A stretch of DNA of 64,000 nt from Clostridia bacterium. GTDB taxonomy: Bacteria; Bacillota; Clostridia; Christensenellales; CAG-314. This document shows, one piece after another, positions 8,439-18,762 of the stretch; position 1 is the first letter of the stretch, and each line of letters starts with the position of its first letter. The DNA lies in NCBI GenBank assembly GCA_017457305.1, contig JAFTHP010000028.1, forward strand, positions 10,064-74,063. The letters are read 5' to 3'. The notes under the pieces are model-generated. The model was not told where the DNA came from. It did no database searches and saw only the letters and a program-made list of their open reading frames with translations. Both the position numbers and the translations under genes were made by a program.

Positions 8439-9722
8439 TTAGATGCCGTATGCCAACCACAAGTAGATGTAAGCTGGGATGATAGCTGCCAATGTAAATG
8501 GAATACCAATCTTGAAGAAGTCGGAATTTTTAACTGTGTAGCCTTCCTTGCGAAGAATACCGATACCTGCAATATTTGCAGATGCGCCAATTGGTGTGCA
8601 ATTTCCACCCAGTGTTGCGCCAGAAAGCAAGCCAAAGTACAAAACTGTTGGATCGATATTGAGTGTTGTAGCAATGCCGGCAATAACAGGAATCATTGTT
8701 GCAACGTAAGGAATATTGTCAATAAATGCGGAAATCAAAACAGATGCCCATACAATGATTGTGTACAAAACAAAGATGTTTCCGTTGCCTGCCTTTGCAA
8801 GAAGACCAGCAGCGGCATCGATAACGCCTTGTTCAGCAATTCCACCAATCATTAGGAATAGGCCAAGCAACAATCCAATGGTTTCAAAGTCGATAGCCTT
8901 GAGTGGTTCGATAACAGCAGGGCGATTCTTTTTCTTGATAAGGTTGTAAACAATGCCAATTACCATCAATGTGCAGCAAATTAGACCGTTTGTGATATCG
9001 GGTTTGTTAGGAATAAAGGATGCTGCAATTAGCAATACAATTGTGCCACCTAGCAAAACTGTTGGAACGTAATCGGTAACTTTTGTGCGTTCCTTTAGCT
9101 TGGGGATAGGAGACTTTTCTTTTCTAAACAAGAATCCTAAAATAACGGCAGAGATGATAGCACCAAGTTCAACAGCAAAGAACATACCAGGACGTCCCTT
9201 GTACCAGAAGAAATCAATGAAGCTCATATCAAGCGCAGAACCTAGCATAATGGCGGTTGTATCTCCAACCAATGTTGCGGCACCTTGCAAGTTGGAGGAT
9301 ACTGCGATGGCAATGATAAATGGAACAGGATTTGTTTTGAGCTTTTTGCAAATTTCTAAAGCTACTGGAGCAACCATCAACACTGTAGCAACGTTATCTA
9401 CAAATGCGGAAATGATACCAGAAAACAAAGACATTGCAATTGCCGCCCATTGAACGTTAGGAACTTTTTCCATGATTATGTCAGCAAGGAGTTCGGGCAT
9501 TTTGCTTTCGATAAACAATGCAACGATACCCATTGTTCCTGCAATCATCATTAGAACGTTAAAGTCAATGTTTGGAAGAATATTTTCGGCAGAAAGTCCT
9601 TTTCCGAAGAATCCCAAAATGATAAAAATCAATGCTGCACCAAATGCAATGTATGGCCTATATTTGCTAAACGTCAACATCAGAACATACGCAACAGCAA
9701 AAATAATAATTGCCCAAATCAT
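8439..9722 (-). CDS. ArsB/NhaD (IT superfamily) permease
   Basis: SAFVDNVAT, GAATLVGD, SAFIDNIP, LGGNCTPIGASANI repeat motifs; many TM helices. Confidence 0.9.
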   Translation of the reverse strand: MIWAIIIFAVAYVLMLTFSKYRPYIAFGAALIFIILGFFGKGLSAENILPNIDFNVLMMIAGTMGIVALFIESKMPELLADIIMEKVPNVQWAAIAMSLFSGIISAFVDNVATVLMVAPVALEICKKLKTNPVPFIIAIAVSSNLQGAATLVGDTTAIMLGSALDMSFIDFFWYKGRPGMFFAVELGAIISAVILGFLFRKEKSPIPKLKERTKVTDYVPTVLLGGTIVLLIAASFIPNKPDITNGLICCTLMVIGIVYNLIKKKNRPAVIEPLKAIDFETIGLLLGLFLMIGGIAEQGVIDAAAGLLAKAGNGNIFVLYTIIVWASVLISAFIDNIPYVATMIPVIAGIATTLNIDPTVLYFGLLSGATLGGNCTPIGASANIAGIGILRKEGYTVKNSDFFKIGIPFTLAAIIPAYIYLWLAYGI

Positions 9723-9751
9723 AGTAACTACCTCTTGATTTTTGTAAAACT

Positions 9752-9809
9752 AAGTTAACTCATATACAAAGTATATGGTTGATACTGCTGTGCATCTTTG
9801 CACACGCTT
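9752..9809 (-). promoter_or_regulatory. Structured 5' leader, possible cation (Na+-type) riboswitch
   Basis: Starts just after TATAAT (9819-9814); hairpin TGTGCA-AAGA-TGCACA, linker GCAGTA, hairpin CATATAC-TTT-GTATATG. Confidence 0.35.
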
Positions 9810-10006
9810 GTACATTATATAACACTTTGTGGGATAAATCAACCATAAACCGCATTTATGGCACTATAGAATTTATTTATAGAAAACCAGAAAAAGACAA
9901 TTTGGTTAATGTTTTAACAAAAAAATCACGCAACCTTTTGTAAGGCGCGTGATTGTATGTGTGTAAATATTGATTTTACCGTTAAAGATTGTTGAATTGA
10001 CAAAAA

Positions 10007-11101
10007 CTAAAAAGCTTTTTGTAGGTAATCTTCGATAAAAGGTTGAATATTACCATCCATAACCTCTGCAATGTTGGTGTTTTCAAAGTTAGTGCGGTGA
10101 TCCTTTACCATTGTGTAGGGGCAAAATACGTAGGAACGAATTTGGCTACCCCACTCTATACGTTTGATTTCGCCCTTGATAACAAGCGCCTCTTCCATTT
10201 GCTCGCGTTCCTTGAGTTCGGCAAGCTTGGATTTGAGCATTAACATTGCTTGTTCGCGGTTTTGAATTTGACTGCGTTGTGTTTGACAAGAAACTACAAT
10301 TCCTGTAGGAATATGAGTGATACGAATAGCACTTTCCGTTTTGTTAACGTGTTGTCCACCAGCACCACTACTGCGATATGTGTCCACCTTTAAGTCCTTA
10401 TCTTCTACAACAATGTCATTATCTTGCTCAAGCTCTGGCATAACTTCCAGCGAAGCAAAGCTTGTGTGGCGACGTTTTGCAGAGTCAAATGGGGATATGC
10501 GCACAAGTCTGTGAACACCCTTTTCCGCTTTGAGATACCCGTAGGCGTTGGCCCCAGTAACCTTGAAGGTTACCGATTTGATGCCTGCTTCTTCGCCATC
10601 CAAATAATCCAACACTTCCACCCTATAACCGCGACGTTCGCAGTAGCGAGTGTACATACGATAAAGCATTTGAACCCAGTCTTGCGCTTCCGTTCCACCT
10701 GCACCTGCGTGCAAGGTTAGTATTGCGTTGTGGGAGTCGAACTTGCCCGAAAGCAATGTTGCAATGTGCAATTCGTTAACGGCAGCGTCGATATCGGCTA
10801 GTTCCGTTGCAGTTTCTTCCAACATGGACTGGTCATCTTCGCACATATCCAACAGGTCAACAACGTCTGTTAGTTTTTTGCAAAGCTTGTTGTAGTTGTT
10901 GATTTTGTCTTCAATATTTTTTGCGCGTTGGCTAACTTGTTGTGCATTTTTTGGATTGTCCCAAAAGTCGGGTTGATGTTGCTCTTGGTTGAGTTGCTCC
11001 AATTCCTGCATCAAAGCAGGGATATTGAGACTATCCCCAATACCCTTAAGTTTGCCTTGAAGTTGCTTGATATTTTGTTTTAGTTCTTCAATTTGAATCA
11101 T
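10007..11101 (-). CDS. prfB: Peptide chain release factor 2, uninterrupted ORF
   Basis: GAGGTEAQDW, SPF recognition tripeptide, GGQ motif, WGSQIRSYV; downstream of secA. Confidence 0.97.
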   Translation of the reverse strand: MIQIEELKQNIKQLQGKLKGIGDSLNIPALMQELEQLNQEQHQPDFWDNPKNAQQVSQRAKNIEDKINNYNKLCKKLTDVVDLLDMCEDDQSMLEETATELADIDAAVNELHIATLLSGKFDSHNAILTLHAGAGGTEAQDWVQMLYRMYTRYCERRGYRVEVLDYLDGEEAGIKSVTFKVTGANAYGYLKAEKGVHRLVRISPFDSAKRRHTSFASLEVMPELEQDNDIVVEDKDLKVDTYRSSGAGGQHVNKTESAIRITHIPTGIVVSCQTQRSQIQNREQAMLMLKSKLAELKEREQMEEALVIKGEIKRIEWGSQIRSYVFCPYTMVKDHRTNFENTNIAEVMDGNIQPFIEDYLQKAF

Positions 11102-11166
11102 AGTGATAATTGTAAACCTAATTTATTTAAGTGTGCAAGTTGTTTTATTAAAGAACGATAGTTGCA

Positions 11167-13962
11167 CTATTTCTTTTTGTTCTTTCTGCGTTCTTCTCTA
11201 GCCAAAGCCCAGCGTTCCTTGTTGGTTAGAACTGTTGGTTGTTGGTCCTCGGAAGGTTGGTCTTGCTGTGACTGTTCTTGGGCTTGTTGCGCAGCCAAGT
11301 CACGTTGATAACAACAATCCTTGTATTTTTTGCCTGAGCCACATGGGCAAGGTTTGTTTTTGGACTTGTTGGGATTGATATCACTTTGTTGCTGGGTAGG
11401 TTGACTTGGTCCGGTAATTTTGATTCTTGCAAACAACAAAGTGCCAATTGTACGCATCTTTATTTGCTTGTTTAGGTCTTCGAACATTTCGAAGGCTTCC
11501 TTTTTGTATACCATCAATGGGTCGTGTTGACCAATGGATTGAAGACCAACACCCTTGCGTACTTCGTCCAAAGCATCAATATGATCCATCCAAAGCTTAT
11601 CAATGTTTTGCAACAAGATTACTCGTTCTAGTTCCACAAACAGTGGTTCTTCCTTGTAGCGAGTATCCAATGTGTCACGACAGTACTGTGCCAAGTAATC
11701 CAGCACTTCCCTTGCAGTGCCAATGTTTTGTGCATCTAGCAAAGGTTTTTCCGTTACAAAATATTTAAACAAGTTTGCGTTAACCTTGTCAATATCCCAC
11801 TCGGAGCTATCTTCATTGCCTTCACATGCGTTTTCCAATGCAAAGCGAGCGTATTCTTCTGCCATTTGCAAAATATCTGCGTGAACGTCTTCGCCATTGA
11901 GCAAACGGTCGCGTTCCTTGTAGATAGCCTTGCGTTGTTGGTTGTTTACATCGTCAAATTGCAACACGTTTTTTCTGCTGGAGAAGTGCATACCTTCCAA
12001 TCTCTTTTGACAGGATGCAATCATCCGTGTTAGCATCTTGGATTGAATAGCCGTGTCCTCGTCAAAGTTGACAAAAGCCATAACGCGCCCCATCATTTCG
12101 CCACCAAATACTCTGATCATTTCGTCTTCGGTGGAGATAAAGAAAATACTTGTTCCTGGATCTCCTTGACGGCCAGCACGACCACGCAACTGATTGTCGA
12201 TACGTCTTGACTCGTGAAGTTCCGTACCGATTACGCACAATCCACCAAGCGCAAGAACCTGTTGTCTTTCTTCGTCTGTTGCAACCTTGTGCTTTGCAAC
12301 CAAGTCGGCAAACACCTGCTTGAGCTGTTCTGTTTCCAAATCGCCTTGAGCAAGACTGGTAGATGCTTCAATTTGTTCGTCAGTGTAGCCTAGTCGTTTC
12401 ATTTCCGTCTTGGCAAGAAGCTCGGGGTTGCCACCTAGCAAAATGTCGGTACCACGACCAGCCATGTTGGTTGCAATGGTAACGTGACCTAGCATACCTG
12501 CTTGAGAAATAATTTCTGCTTCTCGCTTGTGTTGCTTTGCGTTGAGCACGTTGTGTTGAATGCGTGCTTGTGTCAAAAGCTTGGATAACTCCTCACTCTT
12601 TTCTACCGTTGTTGTACCAACTAGTACCGGTTGACCTAGCTTGTTGCGAGTAGCAATTTCATTTACAATTGCACGTAGTTTGCCTTCCCTTGTGCGATAG
12701 ATTCTGTCATTTTGATCATCTCTGATAACTGGCTTGTTTGTTGGGATGCACACTACGTCTATATTGTAGGTTTTGTTGAATTCGTCTTCTTCCGTTTTGG
12801 CTGTACCTGTCATACCACTTAACTTGCGATACAAACGGAAGAGATTTTGGAAAGTTATGGTAGCAAAGGTTTTACTTTCCTTTTGAATAGTAACGCGCTC
12901 CTTTGCTTCGATTGCTTGGTGCAAACCATTGCTAAATCTACGACCTTGCAACTTACGTCCTGTAAAGGTATCTACAATTACTACTTGTCCCTTTTCCACA
13001 ATGTAATCTTCATCTCTACGCATCAGTGCGTGAGCACGCAATGCACAGTTAATGTAGTGGTTGATTTCAAAGCTATCTGGGGAGGATAAGTTTGTTATCT
13101 TGTAGAATCTTTCCGCTTTGGAAATTCCTCTTTCTGTTAGTCTAACAGTTTTGTCCTTGTTATCTACAACGTAGTCGCCGTTTGGTTCAACTTCCTTGCT
13201 GGCAGTTTTACCTTCTTCATCGACGTTAGTAGAGCGAGTAAGTGTGCAAACAAAACGGTTTGCCACTTGGTAATCTTCGCTGGATTTATCCCCTGGGCCG
13301 GAGATAATCAAAGGAGTACGTGCTTCGTCAATAAGTATACTATCTACTTCGTCAATGATAACAAAATTAAGTGGACGTTGAACACGTTGATCCTTTTGCA
13401 ATGCCATATTGTCACGAAGGTAGTCAAAGCCAAATTCGCTGTTGGTACCGTAGGTAATGTCGCAGTTGTATGCACGCTTTTTATCTGCATGTTTCATGTT
13501 GGATAGTGTTACACCAACAGTCAATCCAAGGAAGCGAAAAACTTTTCCCATCCACTCCATATCACGTTGTGCAAGGTACTCATTAACGGTAATAATGTGT
13601 ACACCTTGGCGCGTTAAAGCGTTTAAGTATGCAGGTAACGTTTCGGTGAGTGTTTTACCTTCGCCAGTTGCCATTTGACAAATTCTGCCTTGATGAAGGG
13701 CAATTCCGCCAAGAATTTGCACGTGATAATGGCGTTGACCAAGTACACGTTTGCTGGCTTCTCGGCACACGGCAAAGGCGTCTGGTAAAAGTTGATCTAG
13801 CGTTTCGCCAGCATCCAATCTTCCACGCAAAACGTCTGTTTGAGCAGCAAGTTCGCTATCGGACATTGCCAAATACAAAGCTTCTTTTTGCTCAACCAGT
13901 TTTGCAATTTTTTCTAGTTTTTTAATGTTTTTGGCATTAGCTCTGCCATATTTATCTCTCAT
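11167..13962 (-). CDS. secA: Preprotein translocase subunit SecA
   Basis: MATGEGKT, DEVDSILIDEARTPLIISG, ATNMAGRGTDI, SEC-C CPCGSGKKYKDCC. Confidence 0.98.
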   Translation of the reverse strand: MRDKYGRANAKNIKKLEKIAKLVEQKEALYLAMSDSELAAQTDVLRGRLDAGETLDQLLPDAFAVCREASKRVLGQRHYHVQILGGIALHQGRICQMATGEGKTLTETLPAYLNALTRQGVHIITVNEYLAQRDMEWMGKVFRFLGLTVGVTLSNMKHADKKRAYNCDITYGTNSEFGFDYLRDNMALQKDQRVQRPLNFVIIDEVDSILIDEARTPLIISGPGDKSSEDYQVANRFVCTLTRSTNVDEEGKTASKEVEPNGDYVVDNKDKTVRLTERGISKAERFYKITNLSSPDSFEINHYINCALRAHALMRRDEDYIVEKGQVVIVDTFTGRKLQGRRFSNGLHQAIEAKERVTIQKESKTFATITFQNLFRLYRKLSGMTGTAKTEEDEFNKTYNIDVVCIPTNKPVIRDDQNDRIYRTREGKLRAIVNEIATRNKLGQPVLVGTTTVEKSEELSKLLTQARIQHNVLNAKQHKREAEIISQAGMLGHVTIATNMAGRGTDILLGGNPELLAKTEMKRLGYTDEQIEASTSLAQGDLETEQLKQVFADLVAKHKVATDEERQQVLALGGLCVIGTELHESRRIDNQLRGRAGRQGDPGTSIFFISTEDEMIRVFGGEMMGRVMAFVNFDEDTAIQSKMLTRMIASCQKRLEGMHFSSRKNVLQFDDVNNQQRKAIYKERDRLLNGEDVHADILQMAEEYARFALENACEGNEDSSEWDIDKVNANLFKYFVTEKPLLDAQNIGTAREVLDYLAQYCRDTLDTRYKEEPLFVELERVILLQNIDKLWMDHIDALDEVRKGVGLQSIGQHDPLMVYKKEAFEMFEDLNKQIKMRTIGTLLFARIKITGPSQPTQQQSDINPNKSKNKPCPCGSGKKYKDCCYQRDLAAQQAQEQSQQDQPSEDQQPTVLTNKERWALAREERRKNKKK

Positions 13963-13995
13963 AGAGAACCCTCCTTGTGGGGTAAAAGATGAGCA

Positions 13996-14745
13996 CTAGT
14001 AAAGCTCATCTGCGTTTTCATAGGAGTAATTTTCCTTGCGTGACGCAACAGTTAGACACACTACCGATGCTGCACCACCCTTTTTCAAAACACGGGCACA
14101 TTCGTTCAAGGTGGAACCTGTCGTTTTGATATCGTCAATAACTAGCACCCTTTTGCCCTTGACATTGGCACACAGCTTGTACACACCAACAAGATTTTGC
14201 TTGCGCTGCTGCTTGTTGAGCTTTTCCTGTGGGGTGGTATCGTGTTGCTTGACTATTGCTTCTGTCAAAGCGTCGTCACGGTCTAGCATATCACAAAAGT
14301 ACATGGCTAGCATTTGCGCTTGATTGTAGCGACGCTTGCGTTTGGCGGATGGTGTCATAGGGGCATAGCACACCACGTCAAATTGCAAACTGTGTTTGTG
14401 TACCAAGTATACCAAATATCTGGCAAGCACTTTAGCGTTGCATGCCATATTGTGGAATTTCATGTCCAAGATGGCCTTTTTGACCATACCTTCGTAGCTA
14501 AAAGCGGAGTATGCCTTGTCAAAATAAACCTTTTCGTAGGCGCAGGTGCAACAGTAGGTCTCTTCGCCATCAATGCCAACACCGCATCTGGGACAGGTTT
14601 TGCCATTGTTGAAGACAACTTGCTTGAGGCAGTCAGTACAAAATCCAACGGCATCGAACAACTCTTTTCCACATCCCAAGCACTTGAAATGCGACGGAGC
14701 GAACCATTGCGTCACTTTTTCTCTTAGTCGTTGAAAAAAGTTCAT
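13996..14745 (-). CDS. comF: ComF family protein (double zinc ribbon + PRTase domain)
   Basis: Four CxxC pairs, RRYNQA, VLVIDDIKTTGSTL. Confidence 0.9.
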   Translation of the reverse strand: MNFFQRLREKVTQWFAPSHFKCLGCGKELFDAVGFCTDCLKQVVFNNGKTCPRCGVGIDGEETYCCTCAYEKVYFDKAYSAFSYEGMVKKAILDMKFHNMACNAKVLARYLVYLVHKHSLQFDVVCYAPMTPSAKRKRRYNQAQMLAMYFCDMLDRDDALTEAIVKQHDTTPQEKLNKQQRKQNLVGVYKLCANVKGKRVLVIDDIKTTGSTLNECARVLKKGGAASVVCLTVASRKENYSYENADELY

Positions 14746-14747
14746 AA

Positions 14748-17066
14748 TTAGTCAATATCCAAAGTGGAAATATCTATTTCCACACCCTCAAACTCGTCAT
14801 CGGAACCGCTCTTGCCAATATTGTTGCCAAAGTAGGTGTTGTACACCCTATTTTCTTCCTGCAAAAATCTGCAAAGATTGGTTGTGCGAGCAGCAATGTA
14901 GTTATTGTGAATCATCAAGGCAAGAATCTTTTTGCTGCCAACAATAACTACCGCTTTCTTTGCACGAGTGATGGCTGTGTAAAGTAGGTTTTTATTGATA
15001 ATTGTAGGTGGCCCGTTAACAAGCGGAACAACCACAACGTCAAATTCGCTACCTTGGCTTTTGTGGATTGTAATGGCATACGCCAGCTGAATGTCCGTCA
15101 AATCCCCTTCGGTGTAGGTTGCCAAACGATTGTCGTCAAACAGCACTTCCATAGTGCCAGAGTAGCGGTCTATCTTGGTTACTTCGCCAATGTCCCCGTT
15201 AAAAATACCCGAGCCAGTTTCCACTGTGCCATCTGGGCGCAGACGAGTGTAGGTAAGGTCGTAGTTGTTGACCGTTTGCATAACCCTATCCCCTACCCTA
15301 ACGGCAAATTTGCCAATTTGGAACTGTCCCTTGGTAAAAGTTGGTGGGTTGAGTGCCTGTTGCAACCTTGTATTGAGATTTTCCACCCCAGCCAAACCAC
15401 TTTTTAGCGGACCAAGTACCTGAATTTCCTTTGCAGGAACACCAGTAAACTTTGGCAAACGAGTGGTAACAAGTTGCACAACGGTATCGGCAATTTGCTC
15501 GAAGTCCGTCATATTCATATAGAAGAAGTCCTTGCTGTGGTTGTTGATTTCTGGCATCTTACCTTTGTTAATTAGATGCGCATTGGAAACAATAAGGCTA
15601 TCTTCCGATTGTCTGTAAATGTGTGTAAGGTATCTTATTTCTATAACTTTGCTGGCGATGATATCAGCAAGCACGTTGCCAGCGCCAACACTTGGCAGTT
15701 GGTCCTTGTCGCCAACAAGCACCAAACGAGTGCCCTTTTCCAATGCCGAAAGCAAGCTGTACATAACGTGAACATCCACCATGGAAAGCTCGTCCACAAT
15801 GACAACGTCGCAAGGCAAGGTGTTAAAGCGATTGTACTTGAACGCCATCTTGTCGCCCTGCATTTCAAACCCAAGCATACGATGGATTGTTTTAGCATCC
15901 GAGCCAGTAGATTGTGCCAGGCGCTTGGCAGCACGACCAGTTGGTGCGCAAAACTCCAAGCGAAGCCCTTGCGCAGACAAAATTTCGGCAATGCACTTGA
16001 TGATGGTGGTTTTACCTGTACCCGGTCCACCGGTGATTACCGTTACGCCATTGATAAGCGCCGAACGAACGGCACCAAGTTGACTTTCGTGGAAAGTGAT
16101 GTGATTTACCTTTTCAAAGGTGGAAATAAGGCTGCTGCTGTCAATCAAAATGCGTTTTGCATCGTGGTTGAGTGTTACAAGCTTGTTTGCAATGGCTTTT
16201 TCCAATTTGTAGTATCTAACCAAAGCAATACAAGGGACGTTATCCAAAACAAAGGTCTTGACGGTTGGCTCAAGCACCAATTTTGTGATGGTTTTGTCCA
16301 CAAGTTCCACGTGCTGAGTTAGGTCCACACCCAACAGGGAAGAACAAGACACAAGCATATCTTCTGCTGTTAGGTAGGTGTTGCCCTGCTTTTCGGCAGT
16401 TTCCTTGAGTGTATACACAATTGCGGCACGCAAACGGAATTCGCTTAGCGCTTCCACACCCATGCTTTGAGCAATTTTGTCCGCTGTCAAAAAACCAACA
16501 CCATCGATATCGTCAATTAGTCTGTAGGGATTTGCCAAAACTGTATTTTTGGTTTTTCCCTTGTAAATGTTATAAATTTTTGTTGCCAAATTGATGGTCA
16601 TGCCAAAACTTTGCAAAAAGATAATTTGGTTTTGCATGTCCTTGAGCTCGGCAACTGCGTTGGCAATATCCATTGCCTTCTTTTGAGAAATACCCTTGAC
16701 CTTTGTTAGCATCATAGGGTTATTTTCTATAACACCAAAGGTGTCGTCGCCAAACATAGCATATATGTTGGAAGCTGTCTTTTCGCCAACACCCTTGATA
16801 AGTCCGCTGGACAAATACTTGATTATGCCCAGCTTGTTGGTTGGATTGCAAATTGAGTAACTTTCTACGGCAAGCTGTTCGCCGTACTTGCTGTGTAGTG
16901 ACACCTTGCCTGTTACGTTTAGTATTGCACCTACAGAAAGGCTGGCAAAAGAACCAACGCAGGTGATATCATCTCCGTCGGTTGTTTCCAGTGACAAAAC
17001 CGTATAGCCATTTTCTTCGTTTCGGAAAACTATTGCCGAAACTGTGCCTTTTACTGTAAGCTCCAC
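14748..17066 (-). CDS. recD2: ATP-dependent RecD-like DNA helicase (RecD2)
   Basis: HhH motifs, TGGPGTGKTT, DELSM, GDKDQLPSVG, LAYAITIHKSQGSEF. Confidence 0.93.
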   Translation of the reverse strand: MELTVKGTVSAIVFRNEENGYTVLSLETTDGDDITCVGSFASLSVGAILNVTGKVSLHSKYGEQLAVESYSICNPTNKLGIIKYLSSGLIKGVGEKTASNIYAMFGDDTFGVIENNPMMLTKVKGISQKKAMDIANAVAELKDMQNQIIFLQSFGMTINLATKIYNIYKGKTKNTVLANPYRLIDDIDGVGFLTADKIAQSMGVEALSEFRLRAAIVYTLKETAEKQGNTYLTAEDMLVSCSSLLGVDLTQHVELVDKTITKLVLEPTVKTFVLDNVPCIALVRYYKLEKAIANKLVTLNHDAKRILIDSSSLISTFEKVNHITFHESQLGAVRSALINGVTVITGGPGTGKTTIIKCIAEILSAQGLRLEFCAPTGRAAKRLAQSTGSDAKTIHRMLGFEMQGDKMAFKYNRFNTLPCDVVIVDELSMVDVHVMYSLLSALEKGTRLVLVGDKDQLPSVGAGNVLADIIASKVIEIRYLTHIYRQSEDSLIVSNAHLINKGKMPEINNHSKDFFYMNMTDFEQIADTVVQLVTTRLPKFTGVPAKEIQVLGPLKSGLAGVENLNTRLQQALNPPTFTKGQFQIGKFAVRVGDRVMQTVNNYDLTYTRLRPDGTVETGSGIFNGDIGEVTKIDRYSGTMEVLFDDNRLATYTEGDLTDIQLAYAITIHKSQGSEFDVVVVPLVNGPPTIINKNLLYTAITRAKKAVVIVGSKKILALMIHNNYIAARTTNLCRFLQEENRVYNTYFGNNIGKSGSDDEFEGVEIDISTLDID

Positions 17067-17079
17067 TTGTTAAAGCTCC

Positions 17080-18261
17080 TTAGATGTACTTTTTAAGGTC
17101 GTTTACCTTGTCAAGTTGTTCCCAAGCAAATTCTTCTCTGCCAAAGTGACCATAGCTTGCTGTTGCAAGATAGATTGGGCGTTGAAGTTGGAATTTTTCG
17201 ATAATTGCGCGTGGGCGAAGGTCAAATTCTTCCCCAATGATTTGTGACAAAACTGCATCGCTTACCTTGCCTGTGCCGTAGGTGTTAACGTCGATACTAA
17301 CTGGTTTACTGCGACCAATTGCATAGGAAACTTGAACTTGAATTTTGTCCGCCAAACCTGCAGCAACAATGTTCTTGCAAATGTAACGTGCCATATATGC
17401 AGCAGAACGGTCTACCTTTGTTGGATCCTTTCCGCTGAAAGCACCGCCACCGTGAGCGCAGTATCCGCCATATGTATCAACGATGATTTTGCGTCCGGTT
17501 AGTCCGCTATCTGCAGCTGGTCCACCAATTTCAAAGCGACCAGTTGGGTTGATATAGTACTTTGTTTTTTCATCCAACAAGTCAAGTGGAACAACAGGAC
17601 GAATAACGTGTGTGATCATATCTTGTGCGATTGTTGCACTATCCACTGTTGGGCTGTGTTGTGTGGACAAAACGATTGTATCAATACGGCAAGGATTGTC
17701 GTTTTCGTCGTATTCTACTGTAACTTGGCACTTTCCGTCTGGACGAAGATACTCTAGTATGCCTTCCTTTCTAACTTGTGCAAGGCGGTAGCTAATTTTT
17801 TGTGCAAGCATAATTGCCATTGGCATAAGTTCGGGTGTTTCGTTGCAAGCGTAACCGAACATCATACCTTGGTCGCCAGCGCCGTACAAGTCCAAAATTT
17901 CGCCACGGTCCTTGTATTCGCCGGAGTTGTCTACACCAAGAGCAATATCGGGAGATTGCTTGTCCAAAGAAATGATAACACCGCAGCTGTCAGCATCGAA
18001 GCCAAACTTTGCGCGAGTGTAGCCAATGTTACGAACTGTATCGCGAACGATGGATGCGTAATCTACCACTGCTGTTGTGGTGATTTGTCCCATAACAAAT
18101 ACTGTGCCTGTGCAAACAACCGATTCGCAAGCAACACGTGCATTGGGGTCTTTTGCCAAAATAGCATCCAAAATAGCGTCGGAAATTTGGTCGCACATTT
18201 TGTCTGGGTGTCCTTCGGTAACACTTTCCGAAGTGAAAAATCTGTGTTTGTTTTGTATCAT
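17080..18261 (-). CDS. metK: S-adenosylmethionine synthetase
   Basis: [28 protein letters not shown]; start moved to ATG 18261 after the AAGGAG RBS. Confidence 0.98.
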   Translation of the reverse strand: MIQNKHRFFTSESVTEGHPDKMCDQISDAILDAILAKDPNARVACESVVCTGTVFVMGQITTTAVVDYASIVRDTVRNIGYTRAKFGFDADSCGVIISLDKQSPDIALGVDNSGEYKDRGEILDLYGAGDQGMMFGYACNETPELMPMAIMLAQKISYRLAQVRKEGILEYLRPDGKCQVTVEYDENDNPCRIDTIVLSTQHSPTVDSATIAQDMITHVIRPVVPLDLLDEKTKYYINPTGRFEIGGPAADSGLTGRKIIVDTYGGYCAHGGGAFSGKDPTKVDRSAAYMARYICKNIVAAGLADKIQVQVSYAIGRSKPVSIDVNTYGTGKVSDAVLSQIIGEEFDLRPRAIIEKFQLQRPIYLATASYGHFGREEFAWEQLDKVNDLKKYI

Positions 18262-18306
18262 ACTTTTCTCCTTTTGTAACCATCGAAGGCGTGTTTGCAC
18301 TTGGGC

Positions 18307-18343
18307 AAAAAAAATGTCTTGTCAGCCTAGGACAAGACAAAAA
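18307..18343 (-). terminator. Riboswitch expression-platform terminator upstream of metK
   Basis: GTCTTGTC/GACAAGAC stem followed by T run on the minus strand. Confidence 0.75.
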
Positions 18344-18366
18344 TGCGCAATTTGTGCTTTCGCCGT

Positions 18367-18493
18367 CCCATCTTTCGAGCAAGTAGCCTGCCCATTGTTA
18401 AAAGCATTGCCCTTCCCCGCGGAATTTAGCACCTAACACTATTTTAGGTTGCTGTGACTTCACCGAGTCCGTCTCTCTGTCACTCTCGATAGG
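18367..18493 (-). promoter_or_regulatory. SAM-I (S-box) riboswitch
   Basis: Minus strand CCTATCGAGAG...GTGAAGTCACAGCAACC...GGTGCTAAATTCC...GAAAGATGGG; upstream of metK; promoter TTGACA-17-TACAAT at 18533-18505. Confidence 0.92.
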
Positions 18494-18762
18494 TTTATGG
18501 CAGAATTGTACCATCTTGATGCAAAGTTGTCAAGCATATGCCTGTGCGTAGTATCATTTTTGCACACTTTGCTTAACCTTTGTTGAAAAGATTTTCTGCC
18601 ACCACTAATCGTAGCTACGACATTGAATACAACCGCAGTTGTTTTTAGTGGTTCGTGTTCCACTCCCACACAAAACAACACTTCACTATCAAAAGAGCCA
18701 CCTTGTTACAGATGGCTCGTTTTTTATAAAATTATAGTGTCAGCAACAATACTCCCGCAGTG

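Noticed and set aside
15054-16322. Long antisense ORFs opposite recD2, and similar ones opposite secA, leuS and the ABC genes
   Set aside because: Shadow frames of conserved genes with no recognisable motifs
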